NCBI GenBank assembly: GCA_963764165.1 | Contig: CAVXRD010000001.1 | Coordinates: forward strand, 576,001 to 640,000 | Reading direction: 5' to 3' | Origin: an uncultured Verrucomicrobiae bacterium | GTDB lineage: Bacteria > Verrucomicrobiota > Verrucomicrobiia > Limisphaerales > Palsa-1400 | Length of the DNA stretch: 64,000 nucleotides | In this document: positions 39,486-51,306 of the stretch, one piece after another | How the letters are laid out: the number at the start of each line of letters is the position of its first letter | Numbering within the stretch: the stretch's first letter is position 1 | The notes under the pieces: generated by a model | The model's input: the letters and a program-made list of their open reading frames with translations, nothing else | Told to the model about the DNA's origin: nothing | Database searches by the model: none | Translations under genes and position numbers: made by a program

Positions 39486-39822
39486 GCTGTAATCCGCGGC
39501 GTGGCGGATGGCGAGGCAGCCCGCCAAGCGGGCAGCTTATAATTTGTTCTGACTCGACGAAGGAGGTCAGTAAGACCTCGCCCATTTCTAACCTCGCCAT
39601 TATTGGCCGGCTTGAGTTTCTACGGAAGCGGTACACCATCGTCCGCATCCCTCATGGACTGATTCGGGTCAGTCCAACATGATGACATATTTCACGGGTC
39701 GCACTCCCTACCCTCGAACATCGGATCGAACCCAGTTCATGGAGAAATGTGCGATTGTTTTGGACTGAGCCTTTTCCTGGCAATTCTTCCGGAGCCGGTT
39801 CAAGGCTCGCGCTACTGGGAGG

Positions 39823-42800
39823 TTAATGCGATTGGAGGCGGAAGAAGGCGGCGTTGTTCGATCCCGGGAAAGTGAATTCAAGGTTTCCCGCGCTGTCGAT
39901 AACGGCGCCGGTGCCCGGTGTGTTCATCGGGAAGGCGAGGAAGTCCAGCAAGTTCGTCGCCTTCTGCACACCAATGGTCAGAGTGAACAGGCCGTTGGTC
40001 GCGTTCTTCTGGAGGAGCGGATTGCCGACGTTTAACGCCTCCACCTGTGAGAGCGAATAGAGGCCGTAGGCGTTCGGCGAATTGGTGACGGCAGCGATGC
40101 CAGTGCCGATGCCGCTCTGGGCGAGGGCGTTGGTTTGCGCCGGCGTGAAAAGGCTGTAGGCGTTCGACGGAAACACGCCACTGTTGTAATTCGACAAAGC
40201 CAGGTCCAAGCCGGCCAGGTCCAGTGAGCCGGCCACGGGAACGTCAAAGGTCTGGTCCGGTAAAGCATTGGTGCCGTTAACATTATAAACCACGGTGCTG
40301 AAATGATAGGTGGCGCCTCCGCTCAACTGCGTCTGCCCCGTCGCATTGGTGACGCTGTTTCCCGACGGCACAGCGATGGAAATGGCGCCGCCGTAGGCCG
40401 TTGTCAAACCGGTACTGGATAGTCACCGTGGTTGGCCAGTTATTCGGGTTGACCTGCGCGGCCAGTTGCACCGGCGTGAGACCATTAACCGGGTTGTTGG
40501 AGCCAATGACGGTGGCGCTCTGGGAAATTAACTGCGGCGGCGGAAAAACCCAGGTTGATTGATACGCGCCGATGTCCACAAACCCGTTGGCCTCTCGTGG
40601 GAAACCGCGCTGGTCGGTGGTGATATCGAAGGGCGCATTCAAGATGGAAATATCGCCGGCATGCACGGCCGGACTGGTGGAAATGAGCGCCATGGTCCAG
40701 GTGGAACCTCCGTTGTTGGTGAGGGGAAGCAGGCCCGGGTTGAGCGGCGCTGCCGCCATTCCGGCCAGATCGTGATTTACTGCGTTGGTAACTCCAGAGC
40801 TCCCGTTCAGCGCGCCAATCAAATTGTAACCCTGTGAGTTGATCGTGCCGAAGATGTCCGGGGCAGAAGGTCCAGTGTTCGCAGCCACCAGCGTATTAAG
40901 CAGGGTGCAGGGGCCGAAAATTCCCCCACCACTGCCGGTGAGGCCGGCGGCTCCGTTTGGGCCGAAACTAGAGCCCGAGCCGCCGTTGTTGCCGTTGCCG
41001 CCGAGGGCGGCACTGTTGCCGCTGAGAGTGCAACAAGTCAACGCCAACCCCCCGGCGGAGCAAATACCGCCGCCGTTGCCGCCGTTGCCGCCGTTGCCAC
41101 CAAAACCGCCGAAGTGGGCCATGTTGCCGTCGCCGCCACGACCGCCATTGCCGCCGAGAGCGGCACTGTTTCCCTGGAGTGTGCAACTCGTCAAGGTTAA
41201 TAAACTGGTGCTGTAAATACCGCCACCGTTGCCACCGTTGCCACCGTTGCCGCCGTCGCCGCCGTTGCCGCCGTTGCCGCCTACGATATCGGTGCCCCCA
41301 AAACCGCCGTTGCCGCCAAGGCCAGCACGGTTTCCGTTGAGTGTGCAACTCGTCAGGGTTAATATACCGGTGCTGTAGATACCGCCGCCATTGCCGCCGA
41401 TGCCGCCGATGCCGCCGTTGCCGTCAACGGCGCCGATCCCGCCAAGACCGCCTTCGCCGCCCTGGCTGGCACTGTTTCCGTCGAGTGTGCAATTCGTCAG
41501 AGTTAGTAAACCGGTGCTGTAAATACCGCCGCCGTTGCCAGCGTTGCCACCGTTGCCACCGTCGCCGCCGGTGATACCGTTGCCGCCGTTGCCGCCGGCG
41601 CCGCCGAGGCCGGTGCTGCTGCCACTGAGTGTGCAACAAGCCAGGGTCAATTCCCCGGAGTTGTAAATACCGCCGCCGTTGGCGCCGCTCCCGCCGTTGC
41701 CGCCGTTGCCGCTGCCAACGCTGCCAACGCTGCCGTCGGGAGCGTGGCCGTTGATGATGGACAGACCGGAGATGCTGTTGGTGGTCCCGGCCGCGAACTC
41801 GAACACCCGGCTGGTTCCATTTCCGCTGATAATGAGGTTCGTCGCGCCCGGACCGCTGATGGTCAGGCTATTGGTGATGAGCAGTTCACCCGAGGTCAAC
41901 GTGATGGCGCCGTTGGTGGCGAAGGTGATGGCATCGCCGGAAACGGAATTGAGGATGGCGTTGCGTAATGAGCCCGGGCCGGAATCCGCCAGTGAGGTGA
42001 TAACATTGGTGATGGGAAACCGGGGCGTGGTGAAGGTCAGGTCCCCGCCCGCGCTGGCGCCTTCGCTGTTGAGGGCCGCCAATTGGAAATGGTAAGTGGC
42101 GCCGGGCAGCAGGCCGGTGATGAAGTTCGTCACGGACAAGGTGGCGTTGGTCGCGGCCAAGGTATTGGTCGTGCTAAAACTGCCGTAGTTGGTGTCCAAG
42201 CCGTATTGGAACCAGGCGGTGGTGGCGAAGCCGTTGGGATTGACGGTGCCGTTGAGTGCGGCGCTCGTGCTTGCAATGGCGCCAGCCGCCACCGTGGTGG
42301 TGACGGGCGATTGCGGCGCATAAACCCAGGTTGATTGATACGCGCCGATGTCCACAAACCCGTTGACCTCTCGTGGGAAACCCCGCTGGTCGGTGGTGAT
42401 ATCAAATGGCGCGTTCAAGATGGAAATATCGCCGGCATGCACGGCCGGACTGGTGGAAATGAGCGCCATGGTCCAGGTGGAACCTCCGTTGTTGGTGAGG
42501 GGAAGCAGGCCCGGGTTGAGCGGCGCTGCCGCCATTCCGGCCAGATCGTGATTTACTGCGTTGGTAACTCCAGAGCTCCCGTCCAGCGCGCCAATCAAAT
42601 TGTAACCCTGTGAGTTGATCGTGCCGAAGATGTCCGGGGCAGACGGTCCAGTGTTCGCAGCCACCAGCGTATTAAGCAGGGTGCAGGGGCCGAAAATTCC
42701 CCCACCACTGCCGGTGAGGCCGTCGGCTCCGTTAAAGCCTGGACTTTGGGTGCCGAGGTTGCTGCCGGAGCCGCCGTTGCCGCCGAGGGCGGCGCTGTTG

Positions 42801-44698
42801 CCGCTGAGAGTGCAACAAGTCACCGCCAACCCCCCGGCGGAGCAAATACCACCGCCGTTGCCGCCGTTGCCGCCGTTGCCGCCGTTGGCGCCGCCGCCGA
42901 AACCCCCCTCGGTACCCCCGCCGGCGCCGCCAAACCCGCCGTCGCCGCCGAAGGGGGCACTGTTTCCGTCGAGTGTGCAACTCGTCAAGGTTAATAAACC
43001 GGTGCTGTAAATACCGCCACCGTTGCCACCGTTGCCACCGTTGCCACCGACGCCAGGCTCGCCAGTTAGGGCGTCGCCGCCGTAGCCGCCAAGGCCGCCA
43101 AAGCCAGCACTGTTGCCGTCGAGTGTGCAATTCGTCAGGGTTAATAAACCGGTGCTGTAAATACCGCCACCGTTGCCACCGTCCCCGCCCTTACCACCGT
43201 CGCCGCCGGTGACGTAGCCGCCGTTGCCGTAGCCGCCGACGCCGCCGACGCCGGCGCTGTTGCCACTGAGAGTGCAACAAGCCAGGGTCAATCCCCCGGA
43301 GTTGTAAATACCGCCGCCGTTGCCGCCGCTCCCGCCGTTGCCGCCGTTGCCGCTGCCATCGCTGCCAACGCTGCCGTCGGGAGCATGGCCGTTGATGATG
43401 GACAGACCGGAGATGCTGTTGGTGGTCCCGGCCGCGAACTCGAACACCCGGCTGGTTCCGTTGCCGCTGATAATGAGGTTCGTCGCGCCCGGCCCGTTGA
43501 TGGTCAGGCTGTTGGTGATGAGCAGTTCACCCGAGGTCAACGTGACAGTGCCGTTGGTGGCGAAGGTGATGGCATCGCCGGGAACGGAATTGAGGATGGC
43601 GTTGCGTAATGAGCCCGGGCCGGAATCCGCCAGTGAGGTGATAACATTGGTGATGGGAAACCGGAGCGTGGTGAAGGTCAGGTCCCCGCCCTCGGCGGCA
43701 CCTTTGCTGCTGAGAGCCACCAATTGGAAATGATAAGTGGCACCGGGCAGCAGGCCGGTGATGAAGTTCGTCACGGACAAGGTGGCGTTGGTCGCGGCCA
43801 AGGTATTGGTTGTGCTAAAACTGCCGTAGTTGGTGTCCAGGCCGTATTGGAACCAGGCGGTGGTGGCGAAGCCGTTGGGATTGACGGCGCCGTTGAGTGC
43901 GGCGCTCGTGCTTGCAATGGCGCCAGCCGCCACCGTGGTGGCGACGGGCGGTTGCGGCGCATACAACAGGTCATTGGTGCTGAACGCCCCGGCAGCGAAG
44001 GTGAACACGCGCACCTCGTCCACCGCGCCATTGAAGTTGGTGAAAAAATTTGCGGCTAGGGAATTCGCTCCGAAACCCGCCACCCAGAACGAGTTGGTTG
44101 GCGGCAAACACACACCCACATTGGTGACGGCGGGAACGCCGTTCACATACAGGATGTTCGTCCCCTGATTGATGACCACCGCCAGATGCGCCCACACTCC
44201 CGCCGGCGCCGGGACGCTGCCGAAATAAGTGATGCCGCCGCGCAGCCCGCGCCATTGGCCGTTGTACCAATTTATGCCGCAGCCGTTGTCGCCCGCGTCG
44301 CCATTGAACGCGACGACGCAGTTCCCGCCGCTGCCCAAAGCCGGCTTGGCCCAACATTCGATGCCGAAATTATTCGTCATTGCGGGAATCAACGCCGCCG
44401 AGCCGGCGCTGCTGGCGGCGCCGGAAAAGCTCAGGCACCAGGCGCTGCCGGTACGGGCGGCGGCGTTGGTGGAGACATTGGTGGTGTAAGCCACCGAACC
44501 AGTCAGGGTCATGGTCCGCCCGCCGGTCGGGTCGGTGGTGCTGCTGGCCGGGCCGTTGGCCACGCCCGGATCATTCTCGCCCATGCGCCAGTAGGAGACG
44601 GTCGTGACCGTGGCGCGCGCGCCGGGTGCGAGCATGAAATTAAAAACCGTGGTCAGCACGGCCGCGATGAGCCAGGACAGGATTCGAATCTGTTTCAT
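39823..44698 (-). pseudogene. Large secreted LamG / Gly-rich / choice-of-anchor-Q repeat protein with a +1 frameshift at 40411-40412
   Basis: Signal peptide, LamG ([15 protein letters not shown]), two modules ending TDQRG..R...VDIGAY; removing one G gives VTIQYGLTTAYG and joins ORFs 40283-44698 and 39823-40407. Confidence 0.82.
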
Positions 44699-45334
44699 AA
44701 TCTTTTAATAGCTACCGACTTGGCTTGAAACCGTCTTCGCCATGAATGAAAACTCAAGGTCGAAGAACCTGAAAATGATGCAGTTAATTTTGTATACAAT
44801 CCCCCGGAATATGGCAAGCGGAAGTGGCTGGATTTTGCACCGGCTTCTAGCCTGCTATGGGACAGCAGGCGGTAGCTTTCGGAATCTAGCCCGGCCCGAG
44901 CAGGCCTATTTCCCCGGGTTCCTATGAGCTACAGCCTTATGGGACAGCATCCGAACCCAGCAAAGACAACCAAGGAGCCACCTCCGGAACGAACCAAAAT
45001 TTCAGAACACAATTTCGCCAAAATGGGCGCGCTTCCATTGAAAATCAACCGGTTGCGTCACGATTCATCCCGTTATGGGACGGCTGTGATTTGAATTCAT
45101 GAATGGCCGAGTTGCAGTGCCTGCTTTTTTTGGGCTTCTTTTCATCTGCGTTGATCTGCGTTCATCTGCGGCCCTCTGTCACCGCACGAAGCCGCAACAG
45201 ACTCGAAACGCCTTCCCAGAGCGGGTATCATTCTGTGCGGACGCAATTGGGATGTGCGGTTTGGACTCTGGGAGGGTGTAATCAATTGAGATGATGACCA
45301 ACGAATTGCTTCGCCGTTACGCGGTCCGCCTCAA

Positions 45335-47650
45335 TCAGTCCGAAGCAATGGTCACCGAGCCAGTTTCGCCGTTAGTTCCTTTGTAGTAGCCGTAACCCGC
45401 GCCGTTAAATATGACCCCGCTGAAAGTCGCGGCCTTTTTTGCGCTCTCTTTGAAACTTCCGGTAAACGCGCCATTGGATGGGGTCAGTTTGATGGGAGCA
45501 TTACTGGAATCGGAGAATGTATTCTTCACCGGATTGAATGTGACTGGAATGTCGATTCCGTCGGGAAGGCTTAGTCCGCTGTAGTCGCCGTCAATTTGCA
45601 AAGCGCCACTTGTCCAGCCAAGGACATTGCTTCCGCCTTTGGGAGATTGGTAGAAACTGCCGATGACGGATGGCGAGCCGGAGAATCCTTGCTTGTAGGC
45701 GGAATTCCTAACGCCCGGGTTGGCATCCCACTCAAGGCTCCCGGTGACATTCGTCGCAAAATCCAGTGAGCCGGACAAAAGGCCCGCACCGTTGTATAGC
45801 GAGGCGAAAACAAAACACGTGCCGTCCCCCAGCATGTCGGTATCGAAGGTGATGGGCGGCGAGATTCCATCGGCTAAATTCAATTTCATTGCGACATTGC
45901 CGTTCGTGCTGACAATCGCGGTGCATGGGCTGTAACCACCCGGGCCTGCCGATGGATCGCTCGAAACAGGGGCAAGGACAAAATTGTAAATGCCTGGAGG
46001 CGTGCCGTTATATGAGCAAAGCCCGGCGAAGACGCCTGACCACTCAAGTTCATTCGTCAGTTCAGGATCATCGTAATAGTAGATGGTTCCATACACGCCG
46101 CTGCCTACCGAAAGGTCGTCGTTCGTATAAAACTCGATGGATAGGCTGACCTGGGCAAACCAGTTCGACGCATACTCAATGACCTGCGAGAGGGCATTTG
46201 CACCCGTGCCATCCGGCGTCCCGGTGAATTGCCCGGACAGGCTCGCCACATTTTTGACGTACCCGCCGTTGTAAAGCCTGCCCGAAAAAGCGCCTGATGG
46301 ACTCACGGTAAAGGTGATGTAGCCGGAACTCCTGGGCGATTCCCCAAAATAATAATCGAAGTAACTGCCCGCGAACGTGCCAGTAAGCGAGCGGTTCAGA
46401 AACGGGTTCGGCACGAAATTGGCCGTCAATTTGCCATCGGTGTCCAAGTAATTGAACTTGTTGCTGGTCGCGAGCACGTTGCCGTTGCCGTCGGTCCAAT
46501 TGAGGAACAGGTAGCTCGTGTTTTTAGGCGCGGTCGAAACGGTGTAGCTGAAACCCACATCGAGTTTTTGGCCATTCTTGATTCCAGCCACGGTTCCTGC
46601 GCCAGGCGGGTTCACTGCTAACTCGGCGATGGTGGGCTCGATCCATGAAAACTGTCGCGTAATCGCCGTCAATCGTCCTGCCGCATCCTCGGCAATGAAT
46701 GTCACTTGTGAGGGCCCGTAATTCGTCAACTCGACTTGGACGGACCAGTCGACCGAGGAGTAATTGGTTTCAGCGGCATTGGTGAACTGATCGGCCTGAT
46801 ATAGATACGTGGTGCGGATTTCGCCGCTCATATCCAGGAGGGCATTCGTATCACTGTTGAGAATGTAACCTGCAGAGGTAATACCCACAGGATCGCTCGC
46901 TGTGCCATTTACTTCGAAGGTCGGATTTCCGTTTGTGGAAAAGATGTTTGCCCCGACGCGCGTAATGGCCAGTTTTGGCGGAGTGAGATCGCTCGTTCCT
47001 TTTACGGAACCTGATTCAAGCGGGTAGGGGCCGTTGCCATCAGGGTTGGGATCCTTTTCCTTGTCGCTTCCGGTAACAGCGACGACTGTGTCGAAATTGT
47101 ATATCTCATAGCCGTCCCCGCTCACGAATTCCACGTTGACATCGAAGAACTGCTTCGTCACGTGCGAATCCAAATTGTAACTTGTGTTGGTCCCGGGGGA
47201 TTGATTTCGAAAATACGTTGATTCGTTAATCATGTCGGCGGAGGCGACGGCTGAAATCGTGATTTCCTTGCCGGACCAGTGAACGGACGCTTTGCCAATA
47301 GCTCTGCCGTTTCCATCCTCGAAAGCATAAGTGGCGGTCTTATTCGAAAGGGAAAACTCGGCGGCATCGGCAAGCGCGCCGCCAAAGATTGTAGTGTCGG
47401 CGGCATACGGGCCGATGAGCAGCACGAATATGGTGTCAGAGTCCACAGTGCTCAGGTCCGCGCCGTTTAACGGCACAGATATGTTTGCGCTAAACAAACC
47501 TTTGGTCTCAGTGTAGTAACCGGCGTAGGATTCCTTCTTCAGTGAGTCCTGCCACGTGTCTGAAAAAGTAATTGACGGAGCTGCCATGGCGTTGTGGATA
47601 GCGAACATGCTGGCAATCAATGCCAGCCAAATTCGCAGAGTAGTTTGCAT
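45335..47650 (-). CDS. Large secreted beta-rich hypothetical protein
   Basis: 771 aa, signal peptide, Ig-like and InlB-B-like (YLFLNWTD...LTANF) segments. Confidence 0.75.
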   Translation of the reverse strand: MQTTLRIWLALIASMFAIHNAMAAPSITFSDTWQDSLKKESYAGYYTETKGLFSANISVPLNGADLSTVDSDTIFVLLIGPYAADTTIFGGALADAAEFSLSNKTATYAFEDGNGRAIGKASVHWSGKEITISAVASADMINESTYFRNQSPGTNTSYNLDSHVTKQFFDVNVEFVSGDGYEIYNFDTVVAVTGSDKEKDPNPDGNGPYPLESGSVKGTSDLTPPKLAITRVGANIFSTNGNPTFEVNGTASDPVGITSAGYILNSDTNALLDMSGEIRTTYLYQADQFTNAAETNYSSVDWSVQVELTNYGPSQVTFIAEDAAGRLTAITRQFSWIEPTIAELAVNPPGAGTVAGIKNGQKLDVGFSYTVSTAPKNTSYLFLNWTDGNGNVLATSNKFNYLDTDGKLTANFVPNPFLNRSLTGTFAGSYFDYYFGESPRSSGYITFTVSPSGAFSGRLYNGGYVKNVASLSGQFTGTPDGTGANALSQVIEYASNWFAQVSLSIEFYTNDDLSVGSGVYGTIYYYDDPELTNELEWSGVFAGLCSYNGTPPGIYNFVLAPVSSDPSAGPGGYSPCTAIVSTNGNVAMKLNLADGISPPITFDTDMLGDGTCFVFASLYNGAGLLSGSLDFATNVTGSLEWDANPGVRNSAYKQGFSGSPSVIGSFYQSPKGGSNVLGWTSGALQIDGDYSGLSLPDGIDIPVTFNPVKNTFSDSSNAPIKLTPSNGAFTGSFKESAKKAATFSGVIFNGAGYGYYKGTNGETGSVTIASD

Positions 47651-47806
47651 AGATTGAATTCGCGGCAGATGAGAACGCCTAGTTTCTCATTCAGCGTTCG
47701 TGATCGGCACGGCCGTATCATTAGGATGTTACGCAAAAAATCAAGCCGTTTTTAAGGGACGGCGATCCCAATTGACAGCGCTGGCTATTGATTGCAAGGT
47801 TTATGC

Positions 47807-48511
47807 ATGAGCCAGGAGCGAGAAAGCGGGAGGTGCTCTATTCAGGGTTTCACCTTGACGGAGTTGCTTGTCACCATTGCCATTATTGCCATTCTGGCGG
47901 CGCTTTTATTGCCGGCGCTGTCGTCAGCCAGGGAAAATAGCAGGCGCACTTATTGCAAAAGCAATCTTCATCAAGTCGGGCTGGCGTTTGACTTGTACGC
48001 AGACGAAAACCACCAGCTATTGCCGGATTGCACCAAGAACAATCCCGCGTTTTATGGCTCTTTCTGGCCGTGGGATCTTAATACGAATGTCGTGCAGTCG
48101 TTGCAGTCCCATGGAGTCACGCGGGCCACTCTTTATTGCCCTTCAAATCCAGACATGAATACAGACATGCGCTGGGATTTCTGGAAATATTATCCGCCCG
48201 CGCCGATTCGCGTTTTGGGCTATGTATTCCTGCTGAATGGCTGTGTGCAGGTGCCACCGAATTTATGGCGCAAGAATATATTGGGCGATGGCACCAACAG
48301 CCCCGCGCAAACCGAATTGGTCATCGACGCCGTCGGGCGGCAAGGTGAGAGTTTTACGCAATTGCAGGGCCAAAACAAGGATCGCACGAGTCATTTAAAC
48401 GGCAGCAAGCCGGCAGGCGGCAACATAGCTTTTGAAGATGGCCATGCCGCGTGGCGGAATTTTACGGATATGCAGCCGCGTTTCACCGGGAATGTTGTCT
48501 GGTACTATTAA
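47807..48511 (+). CDS. Prepilin-type N-terminal cleavage/methylation protein with H-X9-DG C-terminus
   Basis: [37 protein letters not shown]...GNIAFEDGH. Confidence 0.92.
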   Translation: MSQERESGRCSIQGFTLTELLVTIAIIAILAALLLPALSSARENSRRTYCKSNLHQVGLAFDLYADENHQLLPDCTKNNPAFYGSFWPWDLNTNVVQSLQSHGVTRATLYCPSNPDMNTDMRWDFWKYYPPAPIRVLGYVFLLNGCVQVPPNLWRKNILGDGTNSPAQTELVIDAVGRQGESFTQLQGQNKDRTSHLNGSKPAGGNIAFEDGHAAWRNFTDMQPRFTGNVVWYY

Positions 48512-49578
48512 CCTTTCCGCCAGTGTTTCCAATCGTGGATGCAGCGCTCGCGCATGACGGCGGCCGCGCGCTCCAGCCAACTGGCCGGCTTCCGCGCGAG
48601 CTGCTTGGACAACTTGGCGGCCGGCGCGCCGCCAAGGTGGATGTTGGCCGTTTCCCAGCCCATGTGATATAGCAAGGCCCGTTCGTCGCGCTTCTGCGGA
48701 AGGTGGCTTAGCGGAATTCGAAAACAATCCTGCGAAAGCCGGCACACCAGCCATTCTCCGCGCACCACCACCAGAGGATCCGGGCAGCGCACGGCTTGTT
48801 TAAGGATTCTGTCGTAATGGATTTTTCCGCCTTTTTTTCCGTCCACCCAGCGAATGGCTGAAGGCGTGAGAGCCTTGGCCTCGCGGCAAATGGGACCGCC
48901 CCGCCACTCTCCCGTTGCGGTAAAACGCAGCTTTCCCAAACTGCCGAGGCCAGCCACGCGATGCACGAATCGCAACGGCACATTCTTGTCCGGCAGCAGA
49001 TCCTTGATGAACCGCCGGATTTTTGACGGAATTGGCGCGCGCTCGGGCGCGAAGGCGTCGACCTTGTTCCAAAAGCGCTCGGGCATATTCAAGCGATACC
49101 GCACCATCTCGCGCAATGGCGTGGCGGCATCGACCAGGGCCAGAGGCTGTCCGCCTGCTTTCAGGCAAGCCTTGTATCCGCGGAGGATTTCCGCGCAAGC
49201 CGCCGTATCGGGCAGGGAAAGCTCGCCCATTTCCGCAGCCAGATGCGCGCTGACTGTCAAACGCACAATGTCGTTGGTAAACGGCATTTCATAGCATTCG
49301 TCGAAATCGTTGATGCCCCAGATCAGGCGCCCTTCGGCGTCGCGCCAGGTGCCGAAATTTTCCACGTGCAAATCGCCCACGGCCAGGACGGAAATATCTT
49401 TGGCAAGTTCCGGGCAGGCCACTGGCCATAGCTGGGCCCAGCGGTAATAGGTGGCGCGCAAAAAACAAAACAAATCCTCGCGCATCCGAGTGTGTTTGAG
49501 TCGAAGATCGGACTGCAAGAGCTGCGTTTGACATCCCAGCCATGCCTCATAACTTTCGGTTGCTTCACGAATGTTCAC
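48508..49578 (-). CDS. DUF2252-family kinase-like protein
   Basis: [28 protein letters not shown]. Confidence 0.88.
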   Translation of the reverse strand: MNIREATESYEAWLGCQTQLLQSDLRLKHTRMREDLFCFLRATYYRWAQLWPVACPELAKDISVLAVGDLHVENFGTWRDAEGRLIWGINDFDECYEMPFTNDIVRLTVSAHLAAEMGELSLPDTAACAEILRGYKACLKAGGQPLALVDAATPLREMVRYRLNMPERFWNKVDAFAPERAPIPSKIRRFIKDLLPDKNVPLRFVHRVAGLGSLGKLRFTATGEWRGGPICREAKALTPSAIRWVDGKKGGKIHYDRILKQAVRCPDPLVVVRGEWLVCRLSQDCFRIPLSHLPQKRDERALLYHMGWETANIHLGGAPAAKLSKQLARKPASWLERAAAVMRERCIHDWKHWRKG

Positions 49579-49650
49579 GAGTGGAGGATGGGCGATAGAA
49601 ATTCCAATTGGTCGGGGCGCATTGGAACGCGGGCGCGATGCGTTGTCAAA

Positions 49651-51306
49651 CTATATCTGCGGTCTTACCCGCGGAACCAGATCGAATCGGCTTCGGTTGA
49701 ACCAGCGGGCGTAAGTGGCCAGCGAGAGAACCGCCAAGCCGGCAAAAACGACTCCACTTGGCCAGCAAACCCACCATGTCGGCGCGAGGAAAAACAACGC
49801 ACCCGCAACCAATCCCAAAACTGCCAAAACGGCAGCCTTAAACACCAGCGCGGTCCTTTTCATGTCATCTGTATTGGGCGAGATCGCCGCAATAATGATG
49901 AAAGGCTGAGCGATAATCATTGTCGCACACGCTTTTACGATGACAGTTCCAACCATATTCAGGCCTCGCGCCTCAGCCGCAAACCCGACTATGGCGGCCA
50001 GAAACGGGAGACTTAATAAAGTCCGCAGCACATTGATTTTCAGCATCGTGCGGGCGAGTTCCCAAAATCCGATGGCGTAATTCGCGAAATACGGACTCGT
50101 CAGCCCACCTTCCGGCGGCAAGGCAAATCCCCGCGCTCCTGTCAGACTTCCCACGGCGACGGCGATGCAAAAAAGAACGGACATCGGGCCAAGACCAGCA
50201 AGAAACGCCTTCAATCGATAGGCTCCATAAAAATGGATGCCCAGGCAGGCCGGCACACCCAAGGCCAGCACAAGCATCACCATGCGCTTAAATGACGCCG
50301 TGAAATTCAAGCGGCCCGCCAGCATGAATTCCACGATGGCGCGCTCTCGCGCGCCAAGCCAGCGCGAAAGCACGCGCTCTATCCAACCCACACTTTTCCA
50401 ATCGACTTCGGCCAGGAATCCGCGGCTCCGAATGGCCGCTGCGGCCTCGTCCTTCTCGTTGGCGAATTCTTCGCCCAACTCGATGACTTCCTGTGATCGC
50501 CCATCCGAGTCGTGCCGCGTTTCGGTGTTCAAGAAATCCTGCCGCACTTTTCGGAAAGCCATCGGAGAGATGGCGAGCACACACGCGGTCAGCAATCCCG
50601 GCACTATCTTAAGGATAGAAATCTCGGGGCCGGAAACGCCAAGGCTTTGAAGTATCCAGCCGAGTGGAGGCGCCACCCAGGCATAGTGTCTTCCGAATTC
50701 AATGACAGCCGGATAAGTGCTGCCGCCCCAGAGGCACGCTAAACCGGCGAGAATCGTTAGCCAAACCACGGCATTGATTAAGTGGAGCGGCACGCAAGCC
50801 ATCAAACAAAACGAAATAATCACCGTAAAAATCCATTGCGCCAAGCCAAGCGCCACAGCGCCTGGCATCACTCCCCAGCCCATGCCCGAAAAAGACAGCA
50901 GCAATGCATAACCGACCACAAAAGCCGGCAATCCCCACAAGGTTCGCCGAACAAAACGCTTCGTCTGCGCGAGAAAAATCGCCGCATCGGAAATAGGAAT
51001 AAACTCATAAACCACCAGCCCCGAATCCTCATAAAGGGCGTGGTGCAATTGCCCTGCTCGGACAAACATTTCCGCCAAAGTCCATAAGAACACAATCGCG
51101 ACGACGTAATTGATGGCGCTTTGTCCGGCGAAGGAAGCCATCGCCGCAGGCCCCATGATCCAAAGCCAGTACATCCAAGCCAGTATACTCTTCCTGCCTC
51201 TGGCCGCCTTGCGGGCAATGCGGCGCTCCTCCCGCATCGGCGCGGATGCATCCACCTCGTCGTCCACGCGATCGCGCAAGACGCGCGTCAATGACCACCA
51301 TGTCAT
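49651..51306 (-). CDS. Polytopic membrane protein, putative ABC permease
   Basis: About 12 hydrophobic segments; overlaps the ATPase stop codon. Confidence 0.7.
   Translation of the reverse strand: MTWWSLTRVLRDRVDDEVDASAPMREERRIARKAARGRKSILAWMYWLWIMGPAAMASFAGQSAINYVVAIVFLWTLAEMFVRAGQLHHALYEDSGLVVYEFIPISDAAIFLAQTKRFVRRTLWGLPAFVVGYALLLSFSGMGWGVMPGAVALGLAQWIFTVIISFCLMACVPLHLINAVVWLTILAGLACLWGGSTYPAVIEFGRHYAWVAPPLGWILQSLGVSGPEISILKIVPGLLTACVLAISPMAFRKVRQDFLNTETRHDSDGRSQEVIELGEEFANEKDEAAAAIRSRGFLAEVDWKSVGWIERVLSRWLGARERAIVEFMLAGRLNFTASFKRMVMLVLALGVPACLGIHFYGAYRLKAFLAGLGPMSVLFCIAVAVGSLTGARGFALPPEGGLTSPYFANYAIGFWELARTMLKINVLRTLLSLPFLAAIVGFAAEARGLNMVGTVIVKACATMIIAQPFIIIAAISPNTDDMKRTALVFKAAVLAVLGLVAGALFFLAPTWWVCWPSGVVFAGLAVLSLATYARWFNRSRFDLVPRVRPQI

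Noticed and set aside
40968..43130. Arg/Trp/Gln-rich and Pro-rich ORFs
   Set aside because: Alternative frames of the Gly-Gly-Asn repeats of the large secreted protein
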